From an uncultured Anaerolineaceae bacterium (GTDB lineage Bacteria > Chloroflexota > Anaerolineae > Anaerolineales > E44-bin32), in assembly GCA_964353875.1 (NCBI GenBank), contig CAYGXU010000004.1:12937-65301 (forward strand): a stretch of 52,365 nucleotides of DNA, read 5' to 3'. Within the stretch, counting starts at the first letter, position 1. The number at the start of each line of letters is the position of its first letter. The position numbers and the translations under genes are program-made. Shown here piece by piece: positions 8,942 to 18,020 of the stretch. The notes below the pieces were generated by a model. The model saw only the letters and a program-made list of their open reading frames with translations, made no database searches and had not been told where the DNA came from.

Positions 8942-10354
8942 CTATCCGATTGAGCCTTCCATTTGAAGTTGGATTAAACGATTCATTTCCACGGCATATT
9001 CCATAGGCAGTTCCTTCACCAAGGGTTCGATAAATCCAGAAACGACCATGGTGGTGGCTTCTTCTTCGCTCAGACCACGGCTCATCAAGTAGAAAAGCTG
9101 CTCCTCTCCTACTCGGCTAACCGAAGCTTCATGCCCAATCGACACTTGATCCTCGTCTATTTCAATCGTGGGGTAGGTATCGGAACGTGACTGAGGATCA
9201 AGCAACAACGCATCACAAACCACATTCGAACGTGCGCCTTTGGCACCTTTGTAAACCTTCACCAAGCCGCGGTAAGAGGCTCTCCCCGCACCCTGGCTGA
9301 TTGATTTGGATGTAATCTTACTCGTTGTATGAGGCGCAGCATGGATGGCTTTTCCACCCGTATCCTGATGTTGCCCTTCCGTTGCAAACGCCATGGAAAG
9401 AATCTCCCCATGGGCGCCCTCTCCCACCAAGTAACACGAAGGGTACTTCATCGTCAGCTTGCTGCCCAAGTTGGCATCTACCCACTCGTGTGTGGCCTTT
9501 TCATGAACCATCGCCCGTTGGGTGACCAGGTTGTAGACATTGGTCGACCAATTCTGAATTGTGGTATAGCGCGAACGCGCGCCTCGCTTGACCACAATCT
9601 CGATCACACCACTATGAAAGGAATGGGTTGAATACGTAGGCGCAGTGCAACCTTCAACATAATGCACTTGCGCTCCCTCATCCACAATAATTAACGTCCG
9701 CTCAAATTGACCAATATTAGCGATATTTAAACGGAAGTACGCCTGCAAGGGCAAATCTACCTTCACTCCCGCTGGCACATAGATGAAGGAGCCTCCCGAC
9801 CAAACAGCGCTATTAAGGGCAGCGAATTTATTATCGGTAATTGGTATGACCGTACTAAAGTATTCACGAAAGAGATCGGGGTACTTTCGCAGGCCATCCT
9901 CGATACTGACGAAAATCACACCTTGTTTCTCGAGATGGTCCTGGATCCTGTGATATACCATCTCCGACTCATACTGTGCCCCTACACCGGCCAGGAAACG
10001 ACGTTCTGCTTCGGGAATCCCGAGCCGATCGAAGGTATGTTTAATCGTCTCGGGGACATCGTCCCATGACCGGCCTTCTATCTCGGCTGGTCTGACATAG
10101 AAGTAGAGGTCATCCAAATCTAACCCGGAAAGATCAGGCCCCCAATTCGGCATAGGGCGGGCGAGGAAATGCTCCAATGCTTTGAGACGGAATTCCAGCA
10201 TCCATTCAGGCTCGCCTTTCATCGCGGAGATCTGTTCGACTACCTGGCGATCGAGCCCTTTGCGGGTTTTAAATACGGAGACATCTGGATCACGAAATCC
10301 ATATTTGTATTCCCCTAATCCCTCTAAGGCATCAATCTCAGAAGGGGCTGCCAT
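8942..10354 (-). CDS. sufB: Fe-S cluster assembly protein SufB
   Basis: [28 protein letters not shown]. Confidence 0.96.
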   Translation of the reverse strand: MAAPSEIDALEGLGEYKYGFRDPDVSVFKTRKGLDRQVVEQISAMKGEPEWMLEFRLKALEHFLARPMPNWGPDLSGLDLDDLYFYVRPAEIEGRSWDDVPETIKHTFDRLGIPEAERRFLAGVGAQYESEMVYHRIQDHLEKQGVIFVSIEDGLRKYPDLFREYFSTVIPITDNKFAALNSAVWSGGSFIYVPAGVKVDLPLQAYFRLNIANIGQFERTLIIVDEGAQVHYVEGCTAPTYSTHSFHSGVIEIVVKRGARSRYTTIQNWSTNVYNLVTQRAMVHEKATHEWVDANLGSKLTMKYPSCYLVGEGAHGEILSMAFATEGQHQDTGGKAIHAAPHTTSKITSKSISQGAGRASYRGLVKVYKGAKGARSNVVCDALLLDPQSRSDTYPTIEIDEDQVSIGHEASVSRVGEEQLFYLMSRGLSEEEATTMVVSGFIEPLVKELPMEYAVEMNRLIQLQMEGSIG

Positions 10355-10356
10355 CC

Positions 10357-11139
10357 TCATGCCTCCACCAGAACACCATTCTCCCTCTCACGCAACCACT
10401 GATAACCATGCTCCTCCAAGCGCTCCGCCAACTCCGGGCCACCCGATTCGACAATGCGCCCATCCAACATGATGTGGACGAAGTGCGGTTTGATGTAGCG
10501 TAAAATCCGCTGGTAATGGGTAATGACCAGAATGCCCAAATCAGGACCAGCAAGCGCATTCACCCCTTCGGAAACAATGCGCAGGGCATCGATGTCCAGA
10601 CCCGAATCGGTTTCATCGAGAATGGCAATTCGAGGTTCCAATGTCGCCAGTTGGAGGATTTCGGCGCGCTTCTTCTCACCTCCTGAGAAACCTTCATTTA
10701 AATAGCGCCCTGCAAATTCATGTGGCATTTCGAGCAAGTCCATCTTCTCTTTTAATACTTTGCGAAATTGAGGGATGGGAATCCCCTTGTCCTGCGGATT
10801 TTTGGCTTTACGATGGGCGTTTAGCGCCGATCGCAAGAAGTTGGCCAGGGTAAGCCCAGAGATAGCCACCGGATATTGAAAAGCGAGAAACAGCCCCAAC
10901 CTTGATCGCTCATCCGTTTCTAAATCGACGATATTAAGACCCTTGAACAAAATCTCACCTTGGGTAACTTGATAGGCCGGATGCCCCATGAGGACATTAG
11001 CCAGAGTGGATTTCCCCGTACCATTGGGTCCCATCAAGGCATGAATCTCTCCAGGATTGACGAAGAGGTTGACACCCTTTAGAATATTCCTGCCTTCCAC
11101 GCTAGCATGAAGGTCTCGGATTTCGAGAACTGCAGCCAT
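10357..11139 (-). CDS. sufC: Fe-S cluster assembly ATPase SufC
   Basis: [40 protein letters not shown]. Confidence 0.97.
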   Translation of the reverse strand: MAAVLEIRDLHASVEGRNILKGVNLFVNPGEIHALMGPNGTGKSTLANVLMGHPAYQVTQGEILFKGLNIVDLETDERSRLGLFLAFQYPVAISGLTLANFLRSALNAHRKAKNPQDKGIPIPQFRKVLKEKMDLLEMPHEFAGRYLNEGFSGGEKKRAEILQLATLEPRIAILDETDSGLDIDALRIVSEGVNALAGPDLGILVITHYQRILRYIKPHFVHIMLDGRIVESGGPELAERLEEHGYQWLRERENGVLVEA

Positions 11140-11199
11140 TCAAAAAACCTCCGACTCAGGCTTGGATACAACCTTGTAACAGGAACTGTATCAAGCGAG

Positions 11200-11282
11200 A
11201 TTATAGCACGCTCACTTAGATATGTCAATATTTATAATATTTATCATAAATATTGACATCTATCCAGTGCATATGCTATACT
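11200..11282. promoter_or_regulatory. Back-to-back sigma70 promoters for sufC (-) and sufR (+) built on a 14-bp perfect inverted repeat (candidate SufR operator)
   Basis: Minus strand: TTGACA (11228-11223), N17, TATAAT (11205-11200) with extended TG. Plus strand: TTGACA (11253-11258), N18, TATACT (11277-11282) with extended TG. Inverted repeat ATGTCAATATTTAT-N10-ATAAATATTGACAT at 11222-11259. Confidence 0.85.
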
Positions 11283-11291
11283 AGCGAGGGT

Positions 11292-11933
11292 ATGGGATCA
11301 ACAAGAGAATCCATCCTGCGAGCCTTGCATACTCAGGGCAAGCGTACGATAAAAGATCTGGCGGAAGCGGCGGATATTTCCCCCATTTCTGTACGACATC
11401 ATATCGCCAATCTTCTGGCTGAGGGCTTGCTTGAGGTCGAGGAAAACCATCATGGGGTAGGTCGTCCGCGTCATCTTTATTCGCTCAGTGAGAAAGGTCT
11501 CGAGCATTTCCCGCGCCGTTATTATCACCTGACCATACACCTCCTTGAAGAGCTCAAAGATGCCCTATCAGAGGATGAGATCGAAGCATTGTTTTGCAAT
11601 ATTGCCTCCTCCATGGCTGATAAATACGCCCCCCTGCTGGAAAGACTGCCCCTGGAAAAACGAATCAACGACCTGCGGAAGCTGTTGGGAGAAGAAGGAT
11701 TCGAAGCCATCATTTACCGAGAGGGTAATCAGCTCATCATCAAGGAGGTGTGTTGTCCTTTCTTCCCCCTTGGTCGAGAACACCCTGAGGTTTGTCTCAT
11801 CGATAAATTCTTCATCGCCAACGCACTTTCCATCCCCGTGGAGCGGGTGAAGCATGTACGCCAAGGGGATCAGCAATGCGCCTTTGAAATTCGATTGAAA
11901 CCCAAGGAGAGGAAAACGTTGGAAAATGGATAA
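11292..11933 (+). CDS. sufR: SufR-like winged-HTH Fe-S-sensing transcriptional regulator
   Basis: N-terminal HTH (SVRHHIANL...GVGRPRHLYSL); C-terminal CCPF...HPEVC...QQC; divergent from sufC. Start moved to ATG 11292, downstream of the -10 element. Confidence 0.82.
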   Translation: MGSTRESILRALHTQGKRTIKDLAEAADISPISVRHHIANLLAEGLLEVEENHHGVGRPRHLYSLSEKGLEHFPRRYYHLTIHLLEELKDALSEDEIEALFCNIASSMADKYAPLLERLPLEKRINDLRKLLGEEGFEAIIYREGNQLIIKEVCCPFFPLGREHPEVCLIDKFFIANALSIPVERVKHVRQGDQQCAFEIRLKPKERKTLENG

Positions 11934-12270
11934 CGCTATTCAAGGGCGCAATCACTGGGAATTTGACGCCACTCACCCCGAACAGGCCGAGCAATTGCGT
12001 GAAGCCATGCGTGAGGTAGTCGACCCGGAAATCGGGATGAATATCATAGAACTGGGGTTGGTTCGTGAAGTATCCACACAGGGAAATGAGCTCCACCTGA
12101 AAATGATCTTAACCACGCCGTTCTGCCCTTATGGGCCAGCTTTGCTTGAAATGGCGCGTCAGAAAGCGGAAGAAATAACCGCTATCCCAGCCAAAATCGA
12201 GATGGGCATGGAAGCCTGGGATCCTGGCATGATGGAAGATGATACGGCCGCAGCTTGGGGATTGTATTAA
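11926..12270 (+). CDS. sufT: DUF59 / SufT (PaaD-like) Fe-S maturation protein
   Basis: VVDPEIGMNIIELGLV, LTTPFCP; overlaps the sufR stop. Confidence 0.87.
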   Translation: MDNAIQGRNHWEFDATHPEQAEQLREAMREVVDPEIGMNIIELGLVREVSTQGNELHLKMILTTPFCPYGPALLEMARQKAEEITAIPAKIEMGMEAWDPGMMEDDTAAAWGLY

Positions 12271-12734
12271 AGCTGATGACTCTTCCAGGTAAGGAAACCC
12301 TCTAACAACCCCTCTCAACCCCATGCAGCAGATAATGCAATATACCCCTCCAACTGTCACCACTGATCCATCTGACCGAGTAGACTAAAGATCAGAAGCA
12401 TCATTCGACCCAAACTTCCCAACCAAATCAACCATCAAGATGATCACCAAGAGCTTAATCATTCCCGTGGAGCAAGTGAACCGTGCTTGTAAAGGGGATA
12501 TTCGTTACACTTTTCTATTTCAACTGGAATCAAAAAGCAGGAAAATCCTCAATCTTAATCGACCATAACCTCGATTGGATACCAAGAGTGACTTGTAAGT
12601 TGAGAGGGGATTGTATGGTTTATTGCGGGTCAATTCATGAAATCATGAAGTTGTCGAGACAATCATTGTAATCTCTCGCTTCTCCAGGCCAAGAGAAGGT
12701 ACAGGGAAAATTCTTTAGAATGAGAGAGAAACAC

Positions 12735-12974
12735 ATGTCATCCACATCGAAAGAAAAAGGCCAAGGTCTTGTTGAGTACGCGCTGCTTCTTGTTCTGGTT
12801 GCTTTGGTCGTCACTGTTGTCCTGGCTTTGCTTGGACCTGCCATCGGCAACGTATTCAGTGACATCGTAAGCGTGGCATCGGATTCGATCCCCATATCCC
12901 CTCAGCCGCAGCCACCCCCTGCGCAGCCGCCGACCGCAACTCCTAATGGGTCGCCACCCGTTTCTCCTTTTTGA
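12735..12974 (+). CDS. Flp/Fap type IVb pilin with a Pro-rich C-terminal tail
   Basis: EKGQGLVEYALLL prepilin motif, hydrophobic helix, LGPAIGNVFS. Confidence 0.85.
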   Translation: MSSTSKEKGQGLVEYALLLVLVALVVTVVLALLGPAIGNVFSDIVSVASDSIPISPQPQPPPAQPPTATPNGSPPVSPF

Positions 12975-13145
12975 CCAACGAATAGGCACCCTGCCAGGTA
13001 AATAACGATATTCAGCTTCTGTTGCGAATAAACGATTGGGGCTCAACATGGGAAGTTAACATGATGATAGATGACTGCAGAATATCATGGTGGTTTTTCT
13101 AACGCTCGCTATTTTCCAGCGCGCATTCGATTACACCCAACTTTT

Positions 13146-13457
13146 TTACCCGCCCGCAACCGTCAGAGGCACCTCCTGCCGCGACCGCCGACGCCGATCC
13201 AGCCATCCAAGCAGACCAACGATCAAGAGCAAAACGCGCAGTGCAATCCCTAGCCAGGTCAACACCAACATCAAGATCATCGCCAAGGTACCTAACATCA
13301 TCCATCCCGAAACGACTTTATTTCCCCGGTAATGAAGCAATCGTGCTTTCAAATGTCGGACGAAACGATCGCTTGGTTCGACCGGCACAAACACCTGCGC
13401 AAGCCAATCCTCCAGACGCTTATTCCCAAATTGATGCGGATAATGACTTATTGCCAT
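13146..13457 (-). CDS. Small membrane protein, putative anti-sigma factor
   Basis: GGAGGGTGAGG SD; soluble N-terminus (PVEPSDRFVRHLKARL) then a long hydrophobic segment; downstream of an ECF sigma. Confidence 0.65.
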   Translation of the reverse strand: MAISHYPHQFGNKRLEDWLAQVFVPVEPSDRFVRHLKARLLHYRGNKVVSGWMMLGTLAMILMLVLTWLGIALRVLLLIVGLLGWLDRRRRSRQEVPLTVAGG

Positions 13458-13521
13458 ACCTCACCCTCCAATTTTCCATTGACTACCACTTTCGACCACA
13501 TTAACTACTGTTAATAACACC

Positions 13522-14145
13522 TCATTTTGCCTTGTGTTTCTTCTCATCTTCATCGCACCACATCCCCCTCTCATCAATCCGTAGTTGGGAATCTTTCTCT
13601 ATCCTGTTCAGCTCTTCGCGTAATTTATTAAGCGTCCGATGGTAAAGACTTTTAATCGCACCTTCAGTACGATCCATTATCTCTCCAATCTCCGCATTGG
13701 AGAGACGTTCTACGAATTTAAGAATCAACAATTGTTGCCGCTCAGGTGGAAGCCTTTGAACTGCGGCGAGGAGCAACTCCCGTTCCTCTACTGCAATGGC
13801 CTCTAATTCCGGATGGGCAGCTGGACCACGAACATGCAATTGATCATCGAGGGGCACCACCGGTCGCCGGCTACGATCCCGATGCCAATTGGCAACGAGA
13901 TTATGTGCAATTCGGTAAAGCCAAGCTGAGAAAGGCACCCCCTGATCCTGATAGTTGGCGATATGATTGAGAGCTCGTTGAAATACCCTTGCGGTTAAAT
14001 CCTCGGCGTCATGATGATTGCCTGTTCGATAATAGATATAGTTGTAGATCTTGCGAACATGACGCTCATATAACTCACCAAAAGCCTCTGGGTGAGTCGC
14101 CGAGCTACGGACGAGGCCTAACTCATCATCCACCGATACACTCAT
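13522..14145 (-). CDS. ECF-family RNA polymerase sigma factor
   Basis: AFGELYERH, DAEDLTARVF, FSAWLYRIAHN, LSNAEIGEIMDRTEGAIKSLYHR. Confidence 0.93.
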   Translation of the reverse strand: MSVSVDDELGLVRSSATHPEAFGELYERHVRKIYNYIYYRTGNHHDAEDLTARVFQRALNHIANYQDQGVPFSAWLYRIAHNLVANWHRDRSRRPVVPLDDQLHVRGPAAHPELEAIAVEERELLLAAVQRLPPERQQLLILKFVERLSNAEIGEIMDRTEGAIKSLYHRTLNKLREELNRIEKDSQLRIDERGMWCDEDEKKHKAK

Positions 14146-14299
14146 TGTATTCGCTTCGCCCGTTAATAAGATTAATCATTAAAACCCCCAAACTTAGATG
14201 GGGTTTCCCCCTTCCTTGAAGAACATTCTCCCAATTTGCCCCTCCATCCAGACGCATTCGCATCTTCCAGTTGCCAACTCATAGAATAATCCCCAAGTA

Positions 14300-15802
14300 T
14301 TAAATCAAACTTTCATTCTCCTCTTGTTTCACTTCCACCTTACGGGCTGTCTTTTGGATTGCAGTCCATGCCGCTTGAACCCTAGAGACCGCCCTCTCCT
14401 CTTCGGGGAACTCGCCATACCGCACCCGGATATATGCCTGAGTAATTTCATTGATTTGATCTTTTTGATACGGAAAGAAGACATTCAATTGCCGTTGAAA
14501 TTCAAGTGGCGTTTCCGAAGCATCTCGAGGTCGACCGAGATCCTCTGCTAATTCTAAAAGATTGATATAAATCTGCCTTATGATCGTTGCCGCTCTCATC
14601 CGACGCCGGAATCCGGATTTTCGAAGTTCCCCTAATCGTCCAAGCATCTGGTCGAGTGATTTCCTCATCTTGGAAAGGAAATCCTTTGATCTCTCGACAT
14701 CCTCACCAGCTTCAAGAAAGGGCGGCAGAGGTCCTCTAAATCGGCCTTTTGACTTGCGCAAGATCAGGTATACAACCCCAGCCAATAGGATCACGATAAT
14801 TGCAGCAACTATGGCGGGAGGTACATGAAATGGCGGGCGACCTTCATCAGTTGGAAATTGCGCTTCTGGTCTTGCTTGGATTTGCTCAAGCAGCTTCCCT
14901 ATCCCCTCCATATTAATCAGGGGGCGCACAAGATTGACAATCGCCTCAATAATCTTCATGATGGCAAAAATGATTGGGCGTAAGATAGCCTCGAAAAGTG
15001 GGAAGATAAAATTGAGCAGAACTTTTAGGAAACCCAAGATCTCTGCCATGGCCTGACTGCGAAGAAAAACACCCAGGAGAATTCCCAAACCGATTGTTAT
15101 CGAAGAGATCAAGACCAAACCAAGAAACCACCTTCCGGTGAAAGGCAGCCGATGAGCAGTTTCCCCATGTAAGAGATTACTTGTTCGGCTGAGTGTTACC
15201 GCAAAAATTCCACTAATAAAGTAAATGGGAATCGCTTGAAGCAAAAAAGTGATATCCATTTTGTGGAATATGATCCCATGAGCTGCCAGAGCCAATATAC
15301 CCAGCCGGAATTTCCGTTCTGTCGACCTTAATTGCAGTCCTGCAGAAACTGTTGCTCGTATACCCCGCCACCACAGGTAAAGCCCCATGAGAATAACCAG
15401 GAAGATTTCGGGGATCTTTATGATGATCTCGGCGAGTGATGCCAGGGTTCGCGCAAGCATCTGCCCTGGCGTCAATCCTGAACTCGGATAGACAAAAATA
15501 CTAGCAAAAGAATACAGCCCGATCAAGAGGAGCAAAATCAGGATTAAACGTTGCAGGATGACTTTGATCTCAAATAACCGAATCAACCGATTGGCATAAG
15601 CCACGGTTATAAGAAAGACGAGAAAAAGAAAATGCCGAGCGGTAGATGCTTGTTGCTGAATGTTAGGGGTAAGAGATTGAAACCAGGGCAACAACCAGAT
15701 GAACTCCATAGCCATAAGACTGATAAAGCCTAGCTCTTGCCAGATGATCTGTCTCAAATATGCCCGCAGGTTCGCCATAGGGTTTGAGGATGCACTGATC
15801 AT
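14300..15802 (-). CDS. Polytopic membrane protein with a C-terminal DUF4129 domain
   Basis: Many TM helices; C-terminal IRQIY...GRPRDASETPLEF...ITQAYIRVRYG; third gene of a MoxR cluster. Confidence 0.8.
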   Translation of the reverse strand: MISASSNPMANLRAYLRQIIWQELGFISLMAMEFIWLLPWFQSLTPNIQQQASTARHFLFLVFLITVAYANRLIRLFEIKVILQRLILILLLLIGLYSFASIFVYPSSGLTPGQMLARTLASLAEIIIKIPEIFLVILMGLYLWWRGIRATVSAGLQLRSTERKFRLGILALAAHGIIFHKMDITFLLQAIPIYFISGIFAVTLSRTSNLLHGETAHRLPFTGRWFLGLVLISSITIGLGILLGVFLRSQAMAEILGFLKVLLNFIFPLFEAILRPIIFAIMKIIEAIVNLVRPLINMEGIGKLLEQIQARPEAQFPTDEGRPPFHVPPAIVAAIIVILLAGVVYLILRKSKGRFRGPLPPFLEAGEDVERSKDFLSKMRKSLDQMLGRLGELRKSGFRRRMRAATIIRQIYINLLELAEDLGRPRDASETPLEFQRQLNVFFPYQKDQINEITQAYIRVRYGEFPEEERAVSRVQAAWTAIQKTARKVEVKQEENESLI

Positions 15803-17007
15803 TTTGTGGCCTCATCCTCTTCAGAGAAAGGTAGGTGGATCACATCTACGCGTGAGATGGATTCGACCTTTTCCTGAGCGAGAGATATCAATACGATCTT
15901 CCTTGCGCGGGATTTTAATCGGATCAATGCTTCTCTAATCGCAGGAGTCACGACTGCAGTGATGATAAGCAATGTAGAACCATACTCCAGATGAGGCGCT
16001 TGTGTAATTAGAAAATTTCCGAATTCGGAGATCACTACAGGTGTGACCCCTGCTAAAGCTTCTAGAAGTCTCGACAGTTGTTGCGGTGATCGTCCGGGAG
16101 GGATACGATAGGATCTTCCCGTATAAGCAATTCCACCATTCGAAGTCAGTCCCACACGATAACCCATCTGGAAAGTTTGATAGACGTACGAAGCCGCCGT
16201 GCTCAATAAGGCTTCCAGAAGTTTTGTTCGAACACCAAGCCAGTACGGATCAAATGTGGCAACATTAAGACAGACGATCAGATCGAGTCCGGAGACCGGT
16301 TGATAGATGCGCGTTTGCAGCTTTCCAACCCTGGCTGTCGCCGGCCAGTGAATCCGTCGAAAACTATCTTCCGGCCGATAATCTCGGATGCCCATTGGAT
16401 TACTGAGATCTTCGAATAATCTCCGAGTGGTTTTCCGTGGTCCAAACGGGTCACGCGGATTAAACTCTAATTCTTCCACATCCCTGATCTCAGGGAATAC
16501 AATCAGACGTTGTTGTTGCTCAAGATCCAATTGCGATTCAAACACACCGAATGGATCACCAGAAAAGGCATGGGCAGGACCAACCATGTAAATCCCCCTG
16601 CTTCGAAAGATAAGGGAAAATTTACGGCGAATCCTATGAAACCAACGTAGAGCGAGCACGAATTTTAACAGCCCATCCTCTCGACTCTGAGAGATGGCAA
16701 GTAACCGCTCCTCTTCGGGTCCAACAAGAAAAGGCCATCGATCTTCGGTTACCAGCCAGCCCAATGGGAGCCACTTACGGTTCTCAACTTCAATCTCGCA
16801 TGGGACTTTCTCTCCCGGGAAGGCGCGCCGATAGTGTATCCTACGGTGATAAAAAACCTTTTTGAGGGAGGTTCGATTCCAATACCAGGCCACTCCGAAA
16901 ACAGCAATCATCATCCCGACTAAGGCGAGTAGCCCAGCCCGTTGGAACACTAAACCAATTACCAGGAGCAGCAAGGCTGCCCTGCCCCAAGCTTCCTGGC
17001 GCGTCAC
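15799..17007 (-). CDS. DUF58 domain protein (MoxR partner)
   Basis: RGIY...GDPFG, GIRDYRPEDSFRRIHWPATAR. Probable GTG start at 17007; the track start at 17049 overlaps moxR by 41 nt. Confidence 0.88.
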   Translation of the reverse strand: MTRQEAWGRAALLLLVIGLVFQRAGLLALVGMMIAVFGVAWYWNRTSLKKVFYHRRIHYRRAFPGEKVPCEIEVENRKWLPLGWLVTEDRWPFLVGPEEERLLAISQSREDGLLKFVLALRWFHRIRRKFSLIFRSRGIYMVGPAHAFSGDPFGVFESQLDLEQQQRLIVFPEIRDVEELEFNPRDPFGPRKTTRRLFEDLSNPMGIRDYRPEDSFRRIHWPATARVGKLQTRIYQPVSGLDLIVCLNVATFDPYWLGVRTKLLEALLSTAASYVYQTFQMGYRVGLTSNGGIAYTGRSYRIPPGRSPQQLSRLLEALAGVTPVVISEFGNFLITQAPHLEYGSTLLIITAVVTPAIREALIRLKSRARKIVLISLAQEKVESISRVDVIHLPFSEEDEATK

Positions 17008-17008
17008 C

Positions 17009-17944
17009 TTATTGTTCAAGAGGAACAGGTACCTCCTGTACGATGTCATTCACCAGTTCACCCGGATCACGACCGCGCAATTGGGCCTGTGGAGAGACGA
17101 TCAAACGATGAGTGAGCACATGGGGCGCCATTCTTTTCACATCATCCGGGAGGACATAATCCCTTCCTTGAACAGCTGCCCAGGCTTGTGAGGTTTGGTA
17201 TAAACCCAAGGAGGCGCGCGGGCTGGCACCCAATGCGATTTCGGCACGTGTCCGTGTGGCGCGTGTGATTTCCAGCACATAATTTCGCACGGAAGCCTCA
17301 ACCCGGATCATGCGTCGAGCCTCCTGCATTATAAGCACCTCCTCCGGGGAGGATACAGGCTGCAAGATCTGCAATGGGTCACTTGTTCCAAAGCGTATAA
17401 GGATTTGCTCCTCTTCCTCCTTCGCCGGGTACCCCACTTGCAAACACATCAAAAAGCGATCTAACTGCGCCTCGGGAAGCGGGAATGTCCCCTCCAATTC
17501 GATTGGATTCTGCGTGGCAAAGACTAAAAAAGGTCGTGGTAACGGGCGGGTGACACCATCCACGGTCACTTGGCGCTCTTGCATCGCTTCCAACATGGCT
17601 GATTGGGTCCGAGGTGTGGCCCGGTTGATTTCGTCACCCAAGACGATTTGACCCATCACCGGCCCAGGACGATATTCGAAGGATTGGGTTTTCTGATTGA
17701 ACCAATTGATCCCGGTGATATCGGAAGGCAATAAATCCGGTGTAAATTGGATCCTCTGAAAAGTACATCCCAAGGAGATCGAAAGCGCTCTTGCCAAGGT
17801 CGTTTTCCCGATCCCGGGCACATCTTCGAAAAGGATATGCCCCTCGCAGAGAACCGCGGTAAGGGCCATATCAATCACTTCTCCCTTACCGACAATGACA
17901 TTTTGTACATTTTCACGTATACGTTTTACGACTTCAGCAATCAT
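17009..17944 (-). CDS. moxR: MoxR-family AAA+ ATPase
   Basis: EDVPGIGKT, RIQFTPDLLPSD, DEINRATPRTQSAMLEAM, EGTFPLPEAQLDRF. Confidence 0.95.
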   Translation of the reverse strand: MIAEVVKRIRENVQNVIVGKGEVIDMALTAVLCEGHILFEDVPGIGKTTLARALSISLGCTFQRIQFTPDLLPSDITGINWFNQKTQSFEYRPGPVMGQIVLGDEINRATPRTQSAMLEAMQERQVTVDGVTRPLPRPFLVFATQNPIELEGTFPLPEAQLDRFLMCLQVGYPAKEEEEQILIRFGTSDPLQILQPVSSPEEVLIMQEARRMIRVEASVRNYVLEITRATRTRAEIALGASPRASLGLYQTSQAWAAVQGRDYVLPDDVKRMAPHVLTHRLIVSPQAQLRGRDPGELVNDIVQEVPVPLEQ

Positions 17945-17970
17945 CGAATTCCTCTCAGCGATAGAATGCC

Positions 17971-18005
17971 AGTATAGCATGGATGTGCTCAGCTAATGAT
18001 ATAAT
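17971..18005. promoter_or_regulatory. Divergent extended -10 promoters for moxR (-) and dinG (+)
   Basis: Minus strand TGCTATACT (17979-17971); plus strand TGATATAAT (17997-18005). Confidence 0.6.
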
Positions 18006-18020
18006 GCCACCACCTTTCCC

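Noticed and set aside
8942-10354. Intein in SufB
   Set aside because: Length is normal (about 470 aa) and the motifs are contiguous.
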